From NCBI RefSeq assembly GCF_006345805.1, contig NW_021832247.1, positions 1 to 62,143 on the forward strand: a DNA stretch of 62,143 nt, written 5' to 3'. Positions 28,050-43,126 of this stretch are shown one piece after another. The position numbers and the translations under genes are program-made. Origin of the DNA: Octopus sinensis. Taxonomy: Eukaryota. The notes beneath the pieces were generated by a model, which saw only the letters and a list, made by a program, of their open reading frames with translations, searched no databases and was not told the origin of the DNA. Within the stretch, counting starts at the first letter, position 1. Each line of letters opens with the position of its first letter.

Positions 28050-28482
28050 AGTATATTTGAGCAGTTGAATGAATTATCTTATTATGGATAATTCGGTTAA
28101 CCGATACCTGGGTAGCAAATTCACGTCAGAAAAACACGGTTGAAGCTACATGCCAAGGGCAGAGATCACGTGCCTTCGTGTGGAAATTTGTGTGTTTTTT
28201 TAAATACAAATAAATGAAAGAATGGAGTTGAACGACGAATTAACAAAATTTCTTTATTCTCGACATATGTTTCGAAGGCTGCATATTCCTAATTTCGAAG
28301 GAATAAGGAATATGTCATCTTGACGCTAACATATGTTCCTTGTTTTTCCTGATGAGAAGGCGGCATAATGCACCCCTTATTCCTTCCAAATTAGGAATAT
28401 GCAGCCTTCAAAACATATGTCGAGAATAAAGGAATTTTGTTAATTCGTCGTTCAACTCCATTCTTTCATTTATTTATTCAAA
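28050..28482. mobile_element. (TA)n-flanked PLE-type insert with ~100-bp inverted repeat
   Basis: Arms 28208-28308 and 28375-28475; terminal hairpin GAATTATC/GATAATTC plus CTCA on the minus strand next to (TA)n. Confidence 0.75.
28336..28434 (+). ncRNA. Type I hammerhead ribozyme with G12-to-A change
   Basis: TTCCTTGTTTTTC-CTGATGA(28349-28355)-GAAGGC...GCCTTC-AAAA-CATATG-TC-GAGAATAAAGGAA; stem I 11 of 13 pairs; palindromic stem III ACATATGT; the inverted arm keeps GCCTTCGAAA. Confidence 0.8.
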
Positions 28483-28640
28483 TATATATATATATAACTT
28501 GATGAAATTTTATTTCACAATGTGAAAATTCAAATATCACGACAAAAAGGTTTCGTAAGTTAAGATCATGTATCGTAATATACATTCTATATGTCTTGTA
28601 GAATGATACATTAATGAGTTTTATTTGTGACTACCATCTG

Positions 28641-28700
<60 letters not shown>

Positions 28701-29593
28701 AGAAAGAGAGGGAGATATGGATAGATAGATAGAGTGACATATTTTTCTGTGTGTACATATTCTGTTGTATCCCTCATATTCTCCATATTAAAATAGTATA
28801 TGATGAACATAGGTTAGAGCAAAATTAGCTCAATTAATTGATTGAACAAGATTCATTTGAAGTTAAACAATAACAAACAAAATAGAATTAATTACAGTTA
28901 TATGCACCCCATTTAGGAGTTTCTACCTCATAACGTGTTGTGAAATATACAGCATACATAGAAAATATGTTCCTCAAATGTTCCTCAACTGACTGACTAT
29001 CATCAATAACAATATAAACATGGTAATTTTGTGTTACATGTATTATATCTCATGTCAAGATGACACAGGTTAATTTCCCCTCTTGGATTCCATTTATTAT
29101 ATGAGTGATCTCCTCATAGCTGAAACTAAAACATCATTAACAACGATGATTAAATGACAAAGTGTTAATAAAAGAAATGCTATAAAATAGTGTTTGTTTC
29201 ATGTGCGAATCACATCCTACTGTCTTATACATCAGAACGAATGATATGATTTGAAGGAATGCTAAATGTACAACACTGTGTGCGTGCCAACGACAATTAC
29301 AAATCCTTTAGAACTGGAATGATGTGCCATAATATGAAAGAACTAAATGACACATTCTCAAATATTACCAATAGGAAGTGCAGTCCTGTACATAGTGTAC
29401 CCGAAACAAATAAAGAAACTGATACAGAAATTGCCTGGAAACAATTGTAGTGACTAAAAATTAGAAGTCCAACTGCGCCCCTTGATTTATATGTATTTTT
29501 ATACATATATATATATGTGTGTGTGTGATGTATGTACATATACACACACACACACAGAGACATATATATATATATAATATATATATATATATA

Positions 29594-29851
29594 ACGGGAA
29601 GCTTTATGAGAATAAACAAAAGACGAAGGCAAGTGGAATACAAACAAACAATTAGGGAGAGTTCATTAAAAAACAAGAGGAAGACAGGTGGTGTACAAAA
29701 CAAATTGATGTATTAGTATAACGCTGAGGAATAGAAAAATTCCTTTTTCGTTTCGAGCCTAAGCTCTTCTACAGAAAAGGACACAGAAAAAACAAGGAGA
29801 GAAACGAAAGAAAAAAATGTGTGTAGTGGCTAAGGATCTATCATGGAGACT
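29594..29851 (-). mobile_element. Second copy of the 12416-12607 family plus a partial extra 3' end
   Basis: Shared GATGTATTAGTATAACGCT..GCTCTTCTACAGAAA..GTGTAGTGGCTAA.GATCTATCATGG; variant core at 29742-29780. Confidence 0.8.
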
Positions 29852-30582
29852 GTAATCAACTTACAACTTCCCTCAAAATTGCTAGCCTTGCGCCAAGACG
29901 GTGAAGCAAATACTTAGAAGTAAAATGCAGTGAGGGCAAGAACCCAATCAGACATTCGTTGCTTTTTTGTTTAGGTAAGTTTCTTGTATATTTTGACTTC
30001 AGATTCCATAGATGTGTCTTCTTTGTTTGACATCTGAAATGAAGTATTGTGCAAAATCGACGTTGGCCATAAACGTTTATATATATGTGACTACGAGAAA
30101 CATTTGTGAGCAGAATTTTTAGTTAACCCTACACAAATGTTTCTTCTCACGAGTCCACCGATTTTTATCCGATGTAACGGAAGCAGATTCGGTCCGATAC
30201 AGCTTGGTATCTGTGCATCGCAGCCATTACTAGTTATCAGAATTCAAAATGTCGGAAACTATACGCCATATAATTTCGTGTGGCCCTTTAAGTGTTCCAA
30301 CAACTCCCTCCCCCGCACATTATCAACATAAACAAACTTTATTACGTGACGATGACGTTTGCTTCAAACCATGACGCATGAATGTTCATAGTGATAAATA
30401 TCAAAGCGAAAATATGGATAAATATATTCATATATTCCGACAAAACACATTAACACAAAAAGCTTTCAAAGTACATTAATCTGAAAGTGGAATAATTAAG
30501 CAGTCCGCGGCGTAGGAGAGTAAAGTTCGCACTAATAATAATCGGTGTAGCGACTATGTGACAAATATATATACATAAATAC

Positions 30583-30659
<77 letters not shown>

Positions 30660-30744
30660 TATACATATATATACATACATATATATACACATATATTTGT
30701 GTATATATATATTTATATATACATAGATATATATATATATGCAT

Positions 30745-30862
<118 letters not shown>

Positions 30863-30896
30863 TGTATACACACACACATATATATGTAGATATAAA

Positions 30897-31124
30897 AGTT
30901 GTGTGGTAGGTACCTTGCTTACCAACCACTTGATTCCGAGTTCAGTCACACTGCGTGGTAACTTGGGCAAGTTTTACTATTACAGCCTCAGGCGGACCAA
31001 AGCCTTGTAAGTGGATTTGTTTGACGGAAAGGGATAGAAGTCTGTCGTGCGATTGAATAAGTACAGACGGTGCTCCAGCATGACCGCAGTCAAATGACTG
31101 TAACAAATTGAGGAATAAAAGAAT
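30897..31124 (+). mobile_element. SINE family A with internal deletion
   Basis: Head joined almost directly to the 3' GGTGCTCCAGCATGACCGCAGTCAAATGACTG. Confidence 0.82.
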
Positions 31125-31499
31125 GCATTTTTAAGAAAATTGAATGAAAATCCTTCGTAAATTTGATTGACCTGCGAGAAATAGTAGATAGAACCAACTG
31201 ATTTTTCTTTTAAATAAGAGAATAAAACAAAGATAAAACCCAGTGCAGTATACTCAAATCTAATTAACCTGCATTTTAAGGGTTTCATAATCGGCGTCCG
31301 AATCTTGTTTTAGTCAACAGAAATTCAAAGAGCCTGATTAATGCTAGTTGCAAATTTGGAGGAAAGCGACTGGATACTCTTCAAGATACGGTCCTTAACG
31401 CTATGAAAATGCTTTAAAAATTACGTTTATCTGTCCGTGGGCCCGCATTAGACAAGAAGTTGAAAGTTTATTGACTCATGACACTCTATGAACCGTATT

Positions 31500-31602
31500 T
31501 AATGCATGGGTAAAATTCTATTAAATTTGGTTGGGTGGATTTCTAGTTTTAAGGACGTGACAAACACACAGACAGACATATTCGTGTTTTATAAATATAG
31601 AT
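31500..31602 (-). mobile_element. Possible Helitron-like 5' end remnant
   Basis: ACAAACACACAGACAGACA..TTTTATAAATATAGAT resembles the ends at 22720-22760 and 42250-42291. Confidence 0.35.
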
Positions 31603-32591
31603 AAATTAGTTTGCATATTGGAAACTAGAGGCACTAAAGCATTTCCAAACTGGGCGACTGCACTAACTTGATCCTGATGGTCTAAATTCTTTCGCTATGT
31701 TTATACTTAGTGTTATACATCATGCAGTACAGGTTGAGTGGAACGGTAAATATCTGATGAATTTAGACATAATGGGATTTCACCAAGGAATGTATAGGAA
31801 CCAAAACGCTTCAGTTTCTTCTAAGACAATAATTTCATAGAATGAGAAAAAATTCACAAATTCGAGGGGTATACATAATATTAGAAAGTGGATTCTTTTG
31901 CGAGATTGTTGTCTATAAAACTTAATAATGTTGAAGATATTCACATATGTAGAATAGTGCATTCTAATTATTATATCAACCGTTATTGGCGAAGCAATCA
32001 GTAATTAATAACTTTCTGTGATGCTCTTAAATATTAAAATAAACAAATAAAATTAAAAAACAAGGGTTGTAATGAAATTGATCCAACAACTCATTTTATC
32101 AAATATCTTATGGCAATATGGAAGACACTGATTGATTGTATGAAGTTACGAAGCCAACGACGATCAGTAAAAGTCATACTGCTGCCAAAACTCTCCAAAG
32201 ATACTCCATCTGAGACTCTTTAGTTAATGAGATGCACACACGTGTGTGAGTGGGTGTGTATAAGTGTGTTGCTGTCTGTGTACATCGACATCACGACCGA
32301 CACATCATCCCAAACACATATTTGCAAATACCAGAAACCATTTTAACACAACATTGCTAGAAACCGGCTTCGTTCTGTGTGTGTATGTATATATATATAT
32401 ATATGGAAAGAGAGGGAGAGAGATAAAAGGTATTCTATTACAAAGAGACAAAACATTATAAGTTAAAAAAAGGTTTACTCGTGTTTGTAAATACGTGTTT
32501 GTGTTGCTGCCTGACGATCGTGCTCTCAATAAACACACTGGGACAATTGTGTATATCTTTCTAGCTAAAGAATCTCATATATATATATATA

Positions 32592-32994
32592 CTCTCTTTC
32601 TCTTTTACTTGTTTCAGTCATTTGACTGCGGCCATGCTGGAGCACCACCTTTTAGTCGAGCAAATCGACCCCGGGATTTATTCTTTGTAAGCCCAGTACT
32701 TATTCTATCGGTCTCTTTTGCCGAACCGCTAAGTGACGGGGATGTAAACACACCAGCATCGGTTGTCAAGCAATGCTAGGGGGACAAACACAGGCACACA
32801 AACACACACATACATATATATATACATATATACGACGGGCTTCTTTTCAGTTTCCGTCTACCAAATCCACTCACAAGGCATTGGTCGGCCCGGGGCTATA
32901 GCAGAAGACACTTACCCAAGATGCCACGCAGTGGGACTGAACCCGGAACCATGTGGTTGGTTAGCAAGCTACTTACCACACAGCCACTCCTGCG

Positions 32995-32997
<3 letters not shown>
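32592..32997 (-). mobile_element. SINE family A, full length, between (TA)n tracts
   Basis: Complete head GGCGCAGGAGTGGCTGTGTGG on the minus strand. Confidence 0.95.
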
Positions 32998-33038
<41 letters not shown>

Positions 33039-33045
<7 letters not shown>

Positions 33046-33144
33046 ACCGACCAGACCATCAGATGTTGCTACACATCGCTGATCACAATGCGCTTCATTG
33101 TTTTAGCCTTCGAATGACGCCACCCCGCTGGCTAAGCGAGGAGG

Positions 33145-33147
<3 letters not shown>
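33039..33147 (-). mobile_element. Isolated retroposon 3' tail (tail 2) within (TA)n
   Basis: Reverse complement matches 53928-54041 (CTCGCTTAGCCAGCGGGGTGGC...GGTCGGTCACGT). Confidence 0.85.
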
Positions 33148-33189
<42 letters not shown>

Positions 33190-33239
33190 GTACATACGTA
33201 TGTATGTATATATATATATAGATGAACGGATACATGCGG

Positions 33240-33399
33240 TAAGCTTCTTTCGGATTTCGTCAAACGAATCCACTCACAAGCCTGTGGTAAGTCGGGGCTC
33301 CAGAGGGCTACACTTGGTCAAAGTGTCATGCAGTGGGACTGAACCTGGAGCCACATAGTTGGAAAGAGAACGTCATACCCCACAGCTACGCCTACGCCT
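33240..33399 (-). mobile_element. Degenerate SINE family A head
   Basis: AATCCACTCACAAG...GCAGTGGGACTGAACC...CACAGCTACGCC. Confidence 0.75.
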
Positions 33400-34322
33400 A
33401 TATATATATATATACTTATACATGCTTAGACGCTCACATACACAGACACACATGCAAACGCCCACATATACAAATAAATATATATATCGAGAAAAAGAGA
33501 GAGAGCAATACACATATATGCATGTGCACACACATATGACCAGTGTGAGTGCGTGCAAAGAGAGCGGCAAAAGAACGTTTGAAGTTGGTTATGTTTATAA
33601 ACTGTAAGTCTTGTGGGAAATGTTCCAAGATTACAAGACTAACCAAAGCAGCTAAATTCATAGAATCACAGATATGTAATATAGTGGTGCAAATAATATT
33701 TTCAGTCACGCAATTATCGTGCACAAAATCATTGCATCAAGGAAGATAACTCCAATAAAATTAGTTGATATAAACAATGGCACAACTTAGATGATATGGA
33801 ATGAAATAAATATAATCATTAACGTATATGGTGAAAGAAATAGAAATGATTGAAACTTATTATGTTGTACCATAAAAGATATCAGCATAAACGAAGTGTA
33901 CTCATGTTGATAACGAACATGAACAATCTAATTTGAAGCAACTTATTCGGTGGACATTTCTATACACTAAATTGAAGACCGGGGCTACTCTTCTTAATTT
34001 CGGGAATTGAAAATTGATCCAACCAATGTTTCATTGTCTGCCAATAACTGCTTCTTGCTTTGAGGAAATTAGAGCAGAAGTAATTGCATGTGGGATTCCC
34101 GATTTCACTTTCTCATATGTGAATTCACGAACGAAAGAGCCCTTTCCTTTTTTCATATACATATATTTTTAAAAACGTGTAAATCCGGAACCAGAGTACT
34201 TGTCTGATCCACCATATTAGCCCCTGTCAGGTTTATGGCTATGGTTTACCTAGCATATGTAATGACAACCCATTTGAGCGCAAAGAGGCATAAAAAAATG
34301 ATGGATGATATCAGGGCACATA

Positions 34323-34540
34323 CGGCGAGCTGGCAGAACCGTTAGCACGCCGGGTGAAATGCGTAGCCGTATTTCGTCTGCCGTCACGTTCTGAGTCCAA
34401 ATTCTGCCGAGGTCGACTTTGCCTTTCATCCTTTTGGGGTCGATAAATTAAGTACCAGTTACGTACTGAGGTCGATGTAATCGACTTAGTCCGTTTGTCT
34501 GTCCTTGTTTGTTTATCCCCTTATGGGTAATAAAGAAACA
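34323..34540 (+). mobile_element. SINE family C monomer with 16-bp TSD
   Basis: TSD GATATCAGGGCACATA at 34307-34322 and 34541-34556. Confidence 0.95.
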
Positions 34541-34934
34541 GATATCAGGGCACATAGTAAAATTGTAAAGGACCACTAGCTCGTGTAGTTACAATCGCAT
34601 AAGCGAAAGACAATATTTTGTAAAATCAGCGGTTTCACGTGATTGCTGGTCATCTCACTACAGCTAGTCATTTGGTACTTGTTATAAAGTGGAAACAAAT
34701 AACGATATTGTATTCAGAATATGATTTGATTGATGAACATAAAATATGGCGATAATTCCCAAACGCGATGTAAAATGTTAAACCGTAATTCCAATTGTCC
34801 GAGATATAAATGGATATGATTCTACTGAAAACAAACGTCGCGCAGAAAGAGAAAGAATTTATCTCTAAAATGAGTCAATACATACATTATTTCACCTGAT
34901 GCTGTCCATACAATATTTGTCTGACTAGTTAAAT

Positions 34935-35325
34935 GGATGGATGGAAGGACTCCGTCGGTTACGACGACGAGGGTTCCGGTTGATCCGAATCAACGGAACA
35001 GCCTGCTCGTGAAATTAAGGTGTAAGTGGCTGAGCACTCCACAGACACGTGCACCCTTTACGTAGTTCTCGGGGATATTCAGCGTGACACAGAGAGTGAC
35101 AAGGCCGGCCCCTTGAAATACAGGTACAACAGAAACAGGAAGTAAGAGTGAGAGAACGATGTGGTGAAAGAGTACAGCAGGGATCACCACCATCCCCTGC
35201 CGGAGCATCGTGGAGCTTTTAGGTGTTTTCGCTCAATAAACACTCACAACGCCCGGTCTGGGAATCGAAACCGCGATCTTATGATCGCGAGTCCGCTGCC
35301 CTAACCACTGGGCCATTGCGCCTCC
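34935..35325 (-). mobile_element. SINE family B, full length, (TCCA)n tail, with TSD
   Basis: TSD ACTAGTTAAAT at 34924-34934 and 35326-35336. Confidence 0.95.
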
Positions 35326-35647
35326 ACTAGTTAAATAGGTGTAAGCTAAAGCATAAACGATGTATTAATAGAAGTAGGATATCACGTCATGACGGAATTG
35401 CGCCATAGTTTTGGATGAGCAAAAATACACAATTAATACCAGATATTTTGTGTCGAGTCAACTGGAGCTGTCTTTGTACTAACCATGGCTACTCGAGAAG
35501 TATATCTGGTTAGTACTCAAGAAAAGTGAGAATGTGTGAGGGGAGAAGAACTAGGAGATGGCAAAGGCATGGGAAGATTGTGCAGTAATCAATTAATCAA
35601 TCAATATATACGTGTGTGTGTGTGTGTGTGTGTGTGTACCTAGTGAT

Positions 35648-35972
35648 GCCATCGGATTGTGTAAAGGTGGTTCTGTATACTCTGGACCTTGAGAGACAAG
35701 AAACTTCTAGATGGCGCATGGTGCGGTTTGGAAGATGCAGGTTGGGTCCTGGGATGGTGTGGGTGCATCGTAACGGCTATTGATGCGTGCGATGTTAGAA
35801 GCGTAGCATAAGAAGGCTTACCTCACCTTGATATTATGGGGGTTGAAGCGTTTGTAATAATTATGACCTCTGGGGAGATGTTTCTTAACTAATCACAGGA
35901 AGCCCCTACTTGTATTAGTGAAAACTTCTAGGTTGAAAGGGGTGTTATACAATATAATTCTCCAGCTCCTAG
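35648..35972 (-). pseudogene. Decayed Penelope-like element ORF fragment (RT C-terminus/linker upstream of GIY-YIG)
   Basis: Translates RIILYNTPFNLEVFTNTSRGFL*LVKKHLPRGHNYYKRFNPHNIKV..SNIARINS, then CLSRSRVYRTT after a frameshift; resembles the PLE IIWFNPP..TN.G..FL.L..KHFP..FN..N.KVSYS motif (recognised from memory). Confidence 0.75.
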
Positions 35973-36192
35973 TCCCTTTCGGGGTGAGGAGTAGCTGTTT
36001 AGGGGCTGGTGGTGGTGGTGTTGATGATAACGATGGCAGTGATGGTGATGATTTACAGTCCACCTCAAAAAGTCATTTAAAGTCATTGCACAGCACTCTT
36101 CGTGAATAAACGGCGCGATTGAACGAATTACGTTGTCTTCTGTCCATCGTATAAGAAACACAGTTTCAATATATATACGTACCACACTTTTT

Positions 36193-36376
36193 GGAAGCAC
36201 TCCAAGTTGTGGTGAAAGAGTACAGCAGGGATCACCACCATCCCCTGCCGGAGCCTCGTGGAACTTTTAGGTGTTTTCGCTCAATAAACACTCACAACGC
36301 CCGGTCTGGGAATCGAAACCGCGATCCTATGACCGCGAGTTCGCTGCCCTAACCACTGGGCCATTGCGCCTCCACA
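36193..36376 (-). mobile_element. SINE family B with ~200-bp internal deletion
   Basis: Intact head; extreme 3' end GGAAGCACTCC joined directly to AAGTTGTGGTG. Confidence 0.88.
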
Positions 36377-36640
36377 TGTATCACACTAACATATACAAGC
36401 ACACACATGTTTATATACTCGTCAAAAATACAAACACAAAAATTACATTGCAATGAAATATAAATGGATGAAAAGTGTAATACAGGAAAAAACACAGCAA
36501 ATAATAATCTGGAATATAAGTATAGACAACAAATTAGATTATGTGGACAATGACAGGATAGCTGATATACAAATTGGACACATACACCCAGGCAGATGAA
36601 CGTAAACACATTTTGTACACGTGTATAAGATACATGAATG

Positions 36641-37295
<655 letters not shown>

Positions 37296-37791
37296 GAGGA
37301 AGGACAACAACGTCAACAGTAATAAACCCCTCAGGTTTAGTGTTTTTTTTTCATATGTGTGTGTGTGTCGAAAAGTGCTACGAGAACAAGTTGGCATGCA
37401 GACAAATTGAAAACAGATCGAAACATTTTTATTAGGCGAGGGATATAGAGAAGAAACTAAAAAAAAAAGCAAGGACATAATATAATCTAATGTAAATCAA
37501 TAAGAAAAATAAACATCGAGACGATAATATTCCACTGTTATTATATTCCCATATTTTGTTTGTCTGTTTCTCCTCAATTTATATATCAGGTTGTAATTTA
37601 ATTTTGATCTTATCGACACACGGAAAGTATAAAAAAATGTTGTATCTGGGAAAATGAAGAAAAAAAAAATCATTATGCAATTATTTAAGTTTAAATATTT
37701 TCATGTCACATTTATTGAAAACAGAAATGTGTAAATTTTTGACACTGAATTTGATGCTCCTACGAGCACTTCAAAATAGATTTACTCTATG

Positions 37792-37823
<32 letters not shown>

Positions 37824-38339
37824 TTCTTTCGCACGCAGTTCGATGGAGACATTCTGGCAGCAATGTGCAACAAGAATCAAACTTGCAAAACCAGAATAGT
37901 AAACAAAGATATCATCACTACCAAGTCCCTTTATATTCTTTTAATTGTTTCTGTCATTCAATTGTGGCCATTCGAGGGCACCGATTAGGAAGGACTTCTG
38001 CAATGGAAGGAGGCGGTGACCGCATATCAGCCAAATGTCGTTGTGCTTTTAGGCATCATGCTTTTACATGAGGGTCCCGCTCAAGGTATAATCGGCGTCC
38101 TAGCAAGACATCCACGTTCAGGTGGATTTATAGATTTATCGTTTTCGTACTAATACTGATTCTTTCGCTAATAATTTTGTATCCATACATGCAACTGCCT
38201 ATCCATCCATCCATCCATCCTTACCTCTCTACCTCTCTACCTACGTACCTACCTGCCTAACTACACACACACACACACACAGAGTCAAGTGCATGCAGCC
38301 ACACGCACACACACGTATATGTGTATGTCTGTGTGTATA

Positions 38340-39058
<719 letters not shown>

Positions 39059-40044
39059 AATTCAAATTTACAGAAAACGAAAGACTACGGCAGGTGAAAG
39101 AACAACCAGCATATGCATTTGTTTAACGCTCGGGAAGAAAGAAATATAGAACTGATTAAAATCTTCACTGACATCCTTATCCGTGAATTATGTTTCCCAT
39201 TTATCATCAAATATTTTGTGTCTTGCAACCATTCTCTGCTGACCGTATATTCCCATTAATCGTCTGTATATGCATAAGTATTCTGCCACTTTTCCTACGT
39301 CTAAACGTTCTCTCGGTTCGTTTCTGCATTAAAACAATTCATTATACACCTATGCTTTCACTTTTAGCATTGCTAATTTATAAAAAGTGATAGGGCACGC
39401 CATAAAGATTTAGGTGATCAGTTCCCGATAGTACGATAATTTCAATTCAGGGTTTGGCTGGTGGTGCTTTCTTGCCCTGAATAATGCACTTGATTTCATT
39501 GTTTGCGCAATCCATTAAATCGTGCATGAACACTCGGCTCCCAGATGAACAGGAGCGTTAATCCATTCAGAAGGCTGTCTTCTGCTATCAGTCATCTACG
39601 CGCAACGACAACTGAGGTAATTTCAGGTGTAACTGGCTCGAAGATGCAAGACCTTTGACGAAGTACCTTCACATATACTTACAAGTACAGCAGTACACAG
39701 ATTTTGGGTTTTTTTTTTGTTCTCTATTTTCTATCTTGTGTAACTTCATTATGGGCATGCACCCAATACAATGATAATTTTCCTTTCAGGCGTGGCAAAA
39801 AAAATTTACATTTAATTTGTTTGTTATTTCAATTAGTTTAACTAAATTGTCTGAGATTTTTCCGAACACAATCGTTTGTCTTTAACAGAAATATTCCATC
39901 CAATTATACAATAACAAAACGCATCGGAACAATGCATATAATAAAAGTGACACAAATTATTTATTTTAGTCTAAAATATAATGGAGATTTAAAACAAACA
40001 CATATTCAAGTACAATCGCCATCGCTCTTATAGATAACTTCATT

Positions 40045-40432
40045 GTGGAGGCGCAATGGCCCAGTGGTTAGGGCAGCAGACTCGCGGTCATAGGATCGCG
40101 GTTTCGATTCACAGACCGGGCGTTGTGAGTGTTTATTGAACGAAAACGCCTAAAGCTCCACGAGGCTCCGGCAGGGGATGGTGGTGATCCCTGCTGTACT
40201 CTTTCACCACAAATTTCTCTCACTCTTACTTCCTGTTTCTGTTGTACCTGTATTTCAAAGGGCCGGCCTTGTCACTCTCTGTGTCACGCTGAATATCCCC
40301 GAGAACTACGTAAGGGTGCACGTGTCTGTGGAGTGCTCAGCCACTTACACGTTAATTTCACGAGTAGGCTGTTCCGCTAATTCGGATCAACCGGAACCCT
40401 CGTCGTCGTAACCGACGGAGTGCTTCCATCCA
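40045..40432 (+). mobile_element. SINE family B, full length, with 16-bp TSD
   Basis: TSD TATAGATAACTTCATT at 40029-40044 and 40433-40448. Confidence 0.96.
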
Positions 40433-41157
40433 TATAGATAACTTCATTATGACACCTGGTATCAGAATCTTCCCCATCGTCATTACGTTTTTAATTTAGT
40501 ATAGGGGCTATCAAGTATGTATACGTTATATACACTAAATATATAAGCTGAAATTACGTGGTTTCGGCGCTTGTATAATCGGTATTTTATCAGGAGCAGC
40601 TTTGCTATTTACTGTGGAGTTCTTTTTATATCGCCAGTCACTGTTCATTTGAGCGCTACAATCGAAATTTTTAAAAATGTATAAATACTAACAGGTTTGC
40701 TGCAAGGAGATGTAGAGAAAATGTAACTGCGTAATAAACAGAATAATAGGAGAATCTTCAGAACCTGATTGGTTGTCATTTGTATTCAAAGATGCCAAAA
40801 ACACAACCAATTTGTATTCCACTATGGAGAACTTCACTGCAACGGATAGCGGAAATATGTGAATGTTCTGATCTATGCGACACATTATATAAAAGTACTG
40901 GCATTTCCTTGTCATATATTTGTATGATAGTTCGAGCACTGAAACGGAGTATCGGTTGTTTTTTGTGTGGTTGGAAGTTGTTCGAGTCGTAATTTGAGCC
41001 GAAGTTTGATTGGAAGGGCTGCGCTGTACGACAAGGCATACTCACAAGTCACACACCGCCTGAACCTGCCGGAATGTAGCCAAAATGAGTAGAAATGTAT
41101 TATGGATGCATGTCGTATTTTTGGAAAATTTATGTTTCATATTTTAACCTACGGGAA

Positions 41158-41598
41158 GGTGGCAATCTCGCAGTATCATCAGTGCCTAGTGGTATTTACT
41201 CTGTCGACCTGGCAGGATCGTTAGTACGCCGGGCGAAATGCTTAGCGGTATTTCGTCTGCCGCTACGTTCTGAGTTCAAATTCCGCCGAGGTCGACTTTG
41301 CCTTTTATCCTTTCGGGGTCGATAAATTAAGTACCAGTTACTGGGGTCGATATAATCGACTTAATCCGTTTGTCTGTCCTTGTTTGTCCTCTCTGTGTTT
41401 AGTAACTTGTGGGTAGTAAAGAAATAGGTATTTACTCTGTCTTTACGTTCTGAGTTCAAATCCCGCCGAGTTTGACTTAACCCTTTCATCACTTCGGGGT
41501 CGATTAAATAAGTAATAGTTGAAACATTGAGGTGGTTGTAATTGATTTACCCACTCTCCGAAATTGCTGGCCTTGTGCCAAAATTTGAAACCAGTATC
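41158..41598 (+). mobile_element. Young SINE C (41206-41426) nested in an older SINE C
   Basis: TSD GGTATTTACTCTGTC at 41191-41205 and 41427-41441, lying inside the older copy's head. Confidence 0.85.
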
Positions 41599-41888
41599 TT
41601 AACACCTTGCGGAGACTGGTAAACATTTTATGTCGAACAGGTTCATCTGTACAATGAACATCAGTGTATGTATAGACATAGCAGAAAGAAATACCTTTCA
41701 TAATAATATCTTCTGGTCCGGTTTCTCTTCGAGAGATTCCTGTTTCATTATGATCTGAGACAACATACAGAACTCTTACTGGTTGTTGCCTTTCTGCTCT
41801 TTGAAACTTTAAATATCTTGGGCATTTTTGTGGCGTAAATCGCCGACGCGTTCTGATATGCATTTTAATCGTGTTCATATATAAAATA

Positions 41889-42291
41889 CTAGCAGTATCG
41901 CCCGGCGTTGCTCGGGTTTGTAAGGGAAATAACTATATAAGCATTTTTAGAGACGTAAAGTATAATAGCCATCTCAATATGGCTAACCAAAAAGGGTGGG
42001 GGTGTTACTGTAGCTTTTTACGTTCTGAGATTTAACAATAAATTTTTAGAGAGTTACTTCCCTTATATATGCCAAAAATGCATTAAAAATGGGAAAAATT
42101 GATGGTAAATTATTTTAAAAATCGTAGACTGATCGTAGACGCGCGCTAATACCCAGAAGGGCTTGATATGAATCACGACTATAAGATACCCAGTTTTGGT
42201 TAAACTGCACCGAAAAATGTGGGAGTAGTTAGGAATCTAAATCGTAGGAGACAGACAGCACACAACCTCTCTTTTATATATAAAGACTAGA
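41889..42291 (-). mobile_element. Non-autonomous Helitron
   Basis: Minus strand 5' TC, 3' hairpin CCCGAGCAACGCCGGG then CTAG, inserted between A and T with no TSD. Confidence 0.8.
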
Positions 42292-42900
42292 TGAATGAAG
42301 ACACAATTGAGATCGTTCATCTTTTGTACAGGTTTGTTCTACCGCTCACAAGGTGTTCAAAAGTCATCCTAAACTCTGCTTTTGCATACCAGGTTACGGG
42401 TTTGGGAACAGAGTACCTAACCGTGTATCAGTTCGTGTAGGGTTGCGGTTTCTCTGTAGTGTATATGACCTGACAGAACACTAGGAAACCAATAACCGTA
42501 AGATGTTAACCATACTTCACAAAATATTACGTCACATAAGATATTTTTGAGGTATTTCAAATTATAGTGTCTGAGTCCATCTTTCGCTTAGTTTCACGCA
42601 ACCATGTAATTACAGGGTACCTTTAGCAAGCTGTCAGACCAGATGTCCACCCCTGCGTTAATTTCCTGGTTTCGTCCTACTCTTCGTGGAATGCTGGAAA
42701 TAATGAGAGTCAATGATGTTTTTCATGTCGACTAAACAGTAAAGCCAATATCTTAACTACGCAGTTTATGTGGACCTTTGATTATTACAGTGCGGTGGGG
42801 AAGACATTTTAAATTTTTGTAACGTGCCTGAAAGAAACAGTAGATAGAAGTTGACGGAAATGCAGATCCTATATTGAAGTTATATGTCTCAGAATATGTA

Positions 42901-43065
42901 GTCGCAGGAGTGGCTGTGTGGTAAGTAGCTTGTTTACCAACCACATGGTTCCGGGTTCAGTCCCACTTCGTGGCACCTTGGGCAAGTGTCTTCTACTATA
43001 GCCTCGGTCCGACCAAAGCCTTGTGAGTGGATTTGGTAGACGGAAACTGAAAGAAGCCCGTCGGA

Positions 43066-43126
<61 letters not shown>

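Noticed and set aside
39545-39616. Possible 72-nt exon (CAG|ATG...GAG|GTAAT), MNRSVNPFRRLSSAISHLRATTTE
   Set aside because: Weak polypyrimidine tract, no recognisable homology and no partner exons
40047-40122. tRNA-like sequences with box A and box B (also 49681, 50261, 53736, 18679)
   Set aside because: These are SINE heads with no complete cloverleaf or acceptor stem, and they continue into SINE bodies, several with TSDs
42660-42700. GGACGAAA hammerhead-like half on the minus strand (also near 57835), and lone CTGANGA strings near 3011, 8716, 10477, 31754, 51342 and 58022
   Set aside because: No matching second core box with paired stems
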